Shown: in pieces, positions 15,033-20,000 of the stretch | How positions within the stretch are numbered: position 1 is the first letter of the stretch | Layout: every line of letters begins with the position of its first letter | Virus record (IMG/VR): IMGVR_UViG_3300016649_000564 | Origin: an uncultured virus (IMG/VR IMGVR_UViG_3300016649_000564) | Lineage: Duplodnaviria; Heunggongvirae; Uroviricota; Caudoviricetes | Length of the DNA stretch: 20,000 nt | Reading direction: 5' to 3' (one strand) | Program-made: the position numbers and the translations under genes | The notes under the pieces: generated by a model | What the model was told of the DNA's origin: nothing | What the model saw: only the letters and a program-made list of their open reading frames with translations | Databases searched by the model: none

Positions 15033-16332
15033 GTTTTAAAACCTCGCCCTTAACAAATTGTGGTTCTGGCTCGCACGCCCCGCCGTTTAAGGCGTCTACG
15101 AGGTTTTGCGAATCTTCATATCTAACGCCTGTCTGCGTATGAATCGCCTTGAAGCCACGCGCATCTAACCAGTTGTGCCACTTCACCAAGGCCAGGCGGC
15201 GCTGCTCTTTGGCCTGGGTGTTGATGTAGGTGGAAGCGATTTTGCCCAGAGAGTGGTTCAGCAGCATCTCGCCGATGTGGCCGTCGACGCCGAGGTCAGT
15301 CCAGGCGGTGCGTGCGACTTTGCGTAGGTCATGACTGGTCCAGGCGCCCTGCCCTAACCGAGTGAACACGGCACTGGCTTGGTTATCACTCAGCGGCTTG
15401 CCACGGCGCGACGGGAACAGAAAAGCCCCTGTGTAGCCCTGGGCGGTCTGGCGGTCACGATAAAGGCGTAGCAGCGAGCACACTTGATCAGTCAGCGGTA
15501 CGCGCAACTCGATTTTGCTCTTGGTGTGTTCCGCCGGTAGGAACCACTCACGCTCGAGCAATGCAACGTCAGCCCACCGCGCCTGGCGGGTTTCACCGAT
15601 CCGGGTGCCGTGGCACAGCATCATTAAGGCCAGCATGGCGTCACCTGGCGCGCTGTCGAAGCGCTCAGCCAGCAGCGTCACTAACTCGGGCACCTGCACG
15701 TCGCGAAGGCGCGCAGGCTTGGGCAGGATGCGGGCCGTGGTGAAGTTGCTGAACTTCAGCTCGGCCATCGGGTTGACGGGGATCAAATCCAGCTTGCGCG
15801 CCTGACGAAAGGCCATCGCCAGCAGCCGAAACAGCTGCTGAACATACGACAGCGACAGCTCAGCCTGCACCGGCCACATCAGCAACCGATCGAAGGCCTG
15901 GGCGTTGACATCGCGAAGCAACAAATCATTCAGCCGCGGCTTGAGCTGGCAGCTGATCGCAGACTTGATGGCCGCGCGTCGCTTGTCAGACAGCGCCCGC
16001 GATTTGGCCATGCGGCCGCTGAACCAGTCGAGCAGCTCGCCGACCGTCAGCCAGCCCGACACGCTGGCCGCACCATCAGCCGCCACGCGCAGGCGCACTG
16101 CCGGCAGCGCCGCGATCACCTGCTTGGTGTTCAGATCGGGAAAGGCGCCAATACGGTGCCATTGGCGCTTATTGAGAAAGTACCAAGAACCACGCGTACG
16201 ATTTTTGGCGAAACGAAAGTGCAATGCAGGGTGGCCGGCATCACGCAGGTCACGCACATGCTCGAGCTTGGCGTTGCGCACAATCTCGGCATCCGACAGT
16301 TTTACTGTCAGGGTTTTGATTAGGGTATTCAA
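15004..16332 (-). CDS. Tyrosine recombinase (integrase family) with N-terminal arm-binding-like domain
   Basis: Catalytic set R (HGTRIGE), K (HTKSK), HxxR (SHDLRK), H (LLNH), Y (ASTY); N-terminal LSDAEI..LRD...IGAFPDL; TTG start with AAGGAGG SD. Confidence 0.92.
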   Translation of the reverse strand: MNTLIKTLTVKLSDAEIVRNAKLEHVRDLRDAGHPALHFRFAKNRTRGSWYFLNKRQWHRIGAFPDLNTKQVIAALPAVRLRVAADGAASVSGWLTVGELLDWFSGRMAKSRALSDKRRAAIKSAISCQLKPRLNDLLLRDVNAQAFDRLLMWPVQAELSLSYVQQLFRLLAMAFRQARKLDLIPVNPMAELKFSNFTTARILPKPARLRDVQVPELVTLLAERFDSAPGDAMLALMMLCHGTRIGETRQARWADVALLEREWFLPAEHTKSKIELRVPLTDQVCSLLRLYRDRQTAQGYTGAFLFPSRRGKPLSDNQASAVFTRLGQGAWTSHDLRKVARTAWTDLGVDGHIGEMLLNHSLGKIASTYINTQAKEQRRLALVKWHNWLDARGFKAIHTQTGVRYEDSQNLVDALNGGACEPEPQFVKGEVLKRAEKTGAWL

Positions 16333-16538
16333 ACGTTGCCCTCCTTTCGGGCAAGTAGGTCAACGACCTCAAAAGTCGATGGCCACATCCAGTCGCCGTA
16401 GCGTTTGGCCATGGCCTCATCAGCGAACAAAGCCACGGGATGGTCAGGCGGGACGTCCATGTCCAACTTGAAGCCGCAGCAATGTACTGCATAGCGGTAA
16501 TTGGCCAGGACCGGAACGGCCAGGCGAATCGGTGCCAT
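16329..16538 (-). CDS. Small hypothetical phage protein (69 aa)
   Basis: Overlaps the dnaB stop by 1 nt and the recombinase start by 4 nt; AAGGA SD. Confidence 0.7.
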   Translation of the reverse strand: MAPIRLAVPVLANYRYAVHCCGFKLDMDVPPDHPVALFADEAMAKRYGDWMWPSTFEVVDLLARKEGNV

Positions 16539-17905
16539 CAGTTGTTTTCCTTTCTGTAACGACCGGCCAGACTGCTGACCTTTTCGGGTTTGGTCGGCTC
16601 AACCCAGCCGGCTGCGAGCTGTTCGAATCGGCTGTACTGACCGTGGAAAGCGGCGCGCACGGTGCCGCCGGCAATATCACGGCCCTTGCCGATAATGATT
16701 TCGGCAATGCCTTTGGCTTCGGAGTGTTCGTGGTAGACCTCATCGCGGTACACGAACAAAATGATGTCCGCGTCCTGCTCAATAGCGCCGGATTCGCGCA
16801 GGTCAGAACACAACGGGCGCTTGTTCGGGCGCTCTTCGCATTTACGGGAGAGCTGGCTGAGCAGGATCACTGGAACGCCCAGCTCGCGGGCCATGAGCTT
16901 CGCGGTGCGTGTCATGTGGCTGACTTCCTGCTCACGGCTGGACGTTCGCGAGTCGGACTCCACCAATTGCAGGTAGTCGATAACGATGAGGTCCAAGCCA
17001 TACCGACGCTTATGGCGGCGGGCTGCCGAGCGCAGTCGATTCATTGACATCGACGCACGATCCGACAGGAACAGGTTCGACTTCTTGAGCTTACCGGCGG
17101 CACTCATCAGCTCGGCGCCGTGGGTATTAGGGGCTTTGCCATTTTTGATCAGCTGTAACGGCACTCGCCCTTCGGACGCCATGAAGCGATCCATCAGGCC
17201 CGTGTTATCCATTTCCAGGCTGAACGCCATCACGCTTTTGCCATCACGGACAGCCGCGTGAGACGCGATGTTCATTGCGAGCGTGGTTTTGCCCATGGCC
17301 GGACGGCCAGCAATCACGATCAGTTGGCCAGGCTTGAGCCCTTGCAGCTTCTCGTCCAAATCAGGAATGCCCGTGGACAGGCCATCAATTTCGTCACCAC
17401 GATCAGCCCGTGCCTGCAGCACCTCGATGTAGTCGTTGAGAAAGTCCTCAGCCTTGACCACTTCGGATGTTGCCGATTGGCTGTCAATGGCGTGGGACTC
17501 AGCCTGTACCGCTGCAACCTTGTCAGCCGCTGGCTGGTCACCGTAGGCAATGTCATTGATCCGCACGCTCAGCTCGATGATCGACCTATCCAGGCTGCGC
17601 TCACGAACCGTTCCGGCGTAGGAAGCGGCGTTTGCAACGCTTGGCGTATTGCGGGCAATTTCTGCGGCGTAAGCAAACGAACTCGCACCACCAGGCAGAT
17701 CCCCCACATAAACCCCGACGGTCACGATATCGACGGGATGACCATCACCGTGCAAGGCCAAAATCCCGCGATACAGCTCGGCGTTGTCCTCGTAGTAAAA
17801 GTCCTCGGGTACCAGATCGGCGGCCAGTACGTCGATCAGCTCTGGGCGCAGGAACATTGCCCCCAGCACACCGTGTTCGGCTTCCAGGCTGTAGGGATCA
17901 CGCAT
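16538..17905 (-). CDS. dnaB: Phage replicative DNA helicase, DnaB family
   Basis: PYSLEAEHGVLG, GRPAMGKT, FSLEM, IDYLQL, LSQLSR, DLRESGAIEQDAD. Confidence 0.97.
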   Translation of the reverse strand: MRDPYSLEAEHGVLGAMFLRPELIDVLAADLVPEDFYYEDNAELYRGILALHGDGHPVDIVTVGVYVGDLPGGASSFAYAAEIARNTPSVANAASYAGTVRERSLDRSIIELSVRINDIAYGDQPAADKVAAVQAESHAIDSQSATSEVVKAEDFLNDYIEVLQARADRGDEIDGLSTGIPDLDEKLQGLKPGQLIVIAGRPAMGKTTLAMNIASHAAVRDGKSVMAFSLEMDNTGLMDRFMASEGRVPLQLIKNGKAPNTHGAELMSAAGKLKKSNLFLSDRASMSMNRLRSAARRHKRRYGLDLIVIDYLQLVESDSRTSSREQEVSHMTRTAKLMARELGVPVILLSQLSRKCEERPNKRPLCSDLRESGAIEQDADIILFVYRDEVYHEHSEAKGIAEIIIGKGRDIAGGTVRAAFHGQYSRFEQLAAGWVEPTKPEKVSSLAGRYRKENN

Positions 17906-18605
17906 TGTAATTACCCTCCACGACCTTCACGAAGTTGCTCGGGGCAATCAGCCAATCGAAGTTGCAGCGGAAAGGATTCCCGCCAGAAGCCGAAACCTTA
18001 CCCATCAGAAACTCGCTGGATCGCACCAGGGCGAAGTACTCAGCCCAGAAACTGAGATCCTGATGAACATCGCTTTCGTTCCACCGTGCGCTGACCTTGG
18101 CGATACGATCCTTGGTCAACAACATGACCCGGGGAAACTCCGGGATCGTTGCGTTGAACAAATCGACGATTGCCTGGGTTGGGCATTTCGGTTTCGAAAT
18201 TTTCGTTGGTTGCTCGGCGCCAACAAGAGGTGATGGTTCACTTGATGGTTCTATTACGGTTCTGGGTGCGGCTGCTGCGGGGGTTTGTGTCGTGAGCTGC
18301 GGGGGGGGTGGTGCATCTGCTGCGGGGCGCGCGGCCTGCGGGGGTGCATAAGATGCGGGGGTTAGGGTGTAAATTGTCGACCGCCCCATCCGTTCCCGGA
18401 CAGACAGAATGCCCACCTGACCAAGCCACTTGATGGCGGCCTGAACAGTCCTTTCCGCGAGGCATGTCCGCTCAGAGATACGAGCGACCGAAGGCCAGCA
18501 GACACCCTCGTCGTTTGCATTATCAGCCAGCGAAATCAGAACAGCCTTTTGCGGGCCGCTCATGCCTTGCAGCGGCCAGCACAGGCTCATGATGATGGTA
18601 CTCAT
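17898..18605 (-). CDS. Replication initiator protein (N-terminal HTH_36-like; lambda O analogue)
   Basis: MSTIIMSLCWPLQGMSGPQKAVLISLADNANDEGVCWPSVARISERTCL; C-terminal FDWLI.PSNFVKVVEGNY; ATG 18605 overlaps the upstream stop (ATGA). Confidence 0.88.
   Translation of the reverse strand: MSTIIMSLCWPLQGMSGPQKAVLISLADNANDEGVCWPSVARISERTCLAERTVQAAIKWLGQVGILSVRERMGRSTIYTLTPASYAPPQAARPAADAPPPPQLTTQTPAAAAPRTVIEPSSEPSPLVGAEQPTKISKPKCPTQAIVDLFNATIPEFPRVMLLTKDRIAKVSARWNESDVHQDLSFWAEYFALVRSSEFLMGKVSASGGNPFRCNFDWLIAPSNFVKVVEGNYNA
18232..18362. repeat. Replication origin iterons inside the initiator gene
   Basis: Five TGCGGGG(G) repeats at 18276, 18298, 18321, 18337 and 18354, three in a GGTGC-N6-TGCGGGG context; adjacent less GC-rich segment with three GAACC repeats (minus strand, 18232-18263). 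Confidence 0.75.
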
Positions 18606-18829
18606 GCAGGGAAATCCTGGGCAGGAGCCAGGGATGCCTTCAAGTAATCGAGGCATTCTCGGCGGAATTGAGACTTGGAAGCACGCGAATACTGGCCGCT
18701 GATCATCAGGGCGGCATTCATCGCTGCGGATTGATTGGTGACTGTGTGTCGAGACACCTTTTCCGACTCACCGGGAAGTGTCGCGACATCGCCAGAACTA
18801 TTGACTGCTGGGGTGTTATTGATCATCAT
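18602..18829 (-). CDS. Small hypothetical protein upstream of the initiator (75 aa)
   Basis: GAGGT SD; ATGA coupling to the initiator gene. Confidence 0.65.
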   Translation of the reverse strand: MMINNTPAVNSSGDVATLPGESEKVSRHTVTNQSAAMNAALMISGQYSRASKSQFRRECLDYLKASLAPAQDFPA

Positions 18830-18853
18830 TGACCTCGTAATAAAGCTGTACTG

Positions 18854-18880
18854 AACCGCCCTGCCAGGCGGTTTTTTTAT
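18854..18880 (+). terminator. Antisense-oriented intrinsic terminator (oop-like)
   Basis: AACCGCC-CTGCCA-GGCGGTT then TTTTTAT on the plus strand, opposite to the early operon. Confidence 0.7.
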
Positions 18881-18896
18881 GTCTGCTGTTTGGGCA

Positions 18897-18912
18897 CTGG
18901 ATGAATCAACAG
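18897..18912. promoter_or_regulatory. Putative LexA (SOS) box
   Basis: CTGGATGAATCAACAG = CTG-N10-CAG with AT-rich core, intergenic downstream of cro. Confidence 0.65.
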
Positions 18913-18970
18913 CTAATTCAGATCACTACCTGGTATCGCTCTTCAGGTACAAAATCATCCCAACGAACAG

Positions 18971-19174
18971 CTAAGCGGAGTCTGGATATAGATCCGGTCT
19001 GAGCTCATGACGCGGGATACCGGTTGCCTGCTCGACGGAGATCACGCGCTCCGCTGGCACTCGCCCGGAGGCACACCAGCGCTGAACGTTCTGTGGCGTG
19101 CAGCCAAGAACGCGAGCAAGGGCGGACTGGCTGCCTGCTGCCTTAGCCGCACGCTCTGCTGCATTAGGTTCCAT
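18971..19174 (-). CDS. cro: Cro-like repressor (YdaS/Cro family)
   Basis: GSQSALARVLGCTPQNVQRW HTH and C-terminal HELRPDLY; divergent from cI; GAGGA SD before ATG 19174. Confidence 0.9.
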   Translation of the reverse strand: MEPNAAERAAKAAGSQSALARVLGCTPQNVQRWCASGRVPAERVISVEQATGIPRHELRPDLYPDSA

Positions 19175-19197
19175 AGAGTCCTCATTAAAACTGCAAT

Positions 19198-19272
19198 TAC
19201 AATTCAAAGTTACAGAATCTCAGGCATATCTACAAGTGAGAATTGCAATGCTCGCTACAAGTGCTGGTTGTA
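19198..19272. promoter_or_regulatory. OR-like operator region: three 17-bp operators TACAA-N7-TTGTA
   Basis: 19198-19214 TACAATTCAAAGTTACA; 19231-19247 TACAAGTGAGAATTGCA; 19256-19272 TACAAGTGCTGGTTGTA. Confidence 0.8.
19207..19235 (-). promoter_or_regulatory. PR-like promoter for cro and the early operon
   Basis: Minus strand TTGTAG-N17-TAACTT, both hexamers overlapped by operators. Confidence 0.7.
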
Positions 19273-19284
19273 TTCTCGCTTCTA
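19248..19284 (+). promoter_or_regulatory. PRM-like promoter giving a leaderless cI mRNA
   Basis: -10 TATTCT (19271-19276) 7 nt before ATG 19284, weak -35 ATGCTC, no SD. Confidence 0.55.
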
Positions 19285-20000
19285 TGACTACGACCTCCTC
19301 ACGCATAGCCGCAGCACGAGAAGCGCAGGGACTCAATCAATCTGAGTTAGCCCGCAAGCTTGGCGTTAGCCCTCAGTCTGTCCAAGCTTGGGAGTCGGGG
19401 CGTACAGCTCCGCGAAACCCGCGCATCAAACATTTGAGCGAAGTACTTGGCGTCTCAGTGGCCTACTTGATGGGCGAATCTGGGCCAGCCGAATCACACA
19501 GCGTGACTGCTGACACCTCTCTGCGAGCAATCGAAACCTGGGACGAAAGCACCCCTCTTGATGACGATGAGGTTTACGTACCCTTCCTTCGCGAGGTTGA
19601 GCTCGCGGCCGGCTCTGGAAGATTTGCGATCGAGGAAAGCGATAGCTCCCGACTGCGCTTTTTCAAGAAGGACCTGCGACACAACGGCGTGCAATTCAGT
19701 AATGCAAGGTGCGTGGTTGTAAGCGGGAACAGCATGCTTCCAGTACTGCGAGACGGCGCAACCGTTGGCATCAATGTTGGAAAAAATACGCTGAAGGACG
19801 TGGTTGACGGGGAGATGTACGCCATCAACCACAACGGCCAACTCAGAATAAAGCAACTTTTTCGCCTACCTACAGGCATTCGCTTGCGAAGCTTCAACCG
19901 CGACGAGCATCCTGATGAGGAGTACACATTTCAGGAGATCCAGGAGCAGCAACTTGGCATCCTGGGCCATGTGTTCTGGTGGGCAATGTACTCCCGCTAA
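19284..20000 (+). CDS. cI: CI-like repressor (XRE HTH + S24 autopeptidase; PrtR-like)
   Basis: LNQSELARKLGVSPQSVQAWESG HTH; Ala-Gly cleavage site ELAAGSG; catalytic Ser (GNSM) and Lys (IKQL); ends at TAA 19998-20000. Confidence 0.95.
   Translation: MTTTSSRIAAAREAQGLNQSELARKLGVSPQSVQAWESGRTAPRNPRIKHLSEVLGVSVAYLMGESGPAESHSVTADTSLRAIETWDESTPLDDDEVYVPFLREVELAAGSGRFAIEESDSSRLRFFKKDLRHNGVQFSNARCVVVSGNSMLPVLRDGATVGINVGKNTLKDVVDGEMYAINHNGQLRIKQLFRLPTGIRLRSFNRDEHPDEEYTFQEIQEQQLGILGHVFWWAMYSR

Larger units (their letters stand above)
1..20000 (-). mobile_element. Temperate prophage interior: lambda-like regulation and head, P2-like contractile tail
   Basis: Continuous intact immunity, replication, Q, lysis, packaging, head and baseplate modules; both ends lie outside the window. 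Confidence 0.97.

Noticed and set aside
15004..16332. Recombinase marking a prophage boundary or a separate integrated element
   Set aside because: Overlapping phage genes on both sides; no tRNA, att-like repeat or host genes nearby
16532..18055. Plus-strand ORFs of 171 and 265 aa opposite dnaB
   Set aside because: Shadow ORFs of a conserved helicase gene
18606..18656. Upstream extension of the replication initiator
   Set aside because: Family-typical start MSTIIM at 18605 with ATGA coupling to the upstream ORF
19098..19283. N-terminal extension of cI to 300 aa in the ORF track
   Set aside because: Overlaps cro and the operator region; the HTH begins just after ATG 19284

Overview
About 20 kb from the interior of a temperate prophage, most likely in a Pseudomonas host (GC-rich coding sequence, PrtR-like repressor, tailocin-type holin). 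From right to left, almost all on the minus strand: a cI/cro immunity switch with three 17-bp operators; a LexA-box-containing spacer with no cII gene; a replication initiator with internal iterons; DnaB helicase; a full-length tyrosine recombinase embedded in the early operon; a Zn-finger ORF; antiterminator Q; then the late operon. The late operon runs pR'-like promoter, tandem terminators, holin, an unknown basic protein, a lambda-like cos, TerS, TerL, gpW, portal, a ClpP-capsid fusion, head completion genes, P2-like baseplate V/W/J/I and the start of the tail fibre. The one clear accessory gene is an AT-rich, plus-strand ABC-ATPase/TOPRIM (OLD-like) protein inserted between Q and the late promoter, a candidate anti-phage defence moron. 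All calls come from motif recognition by eye; no searches were run.
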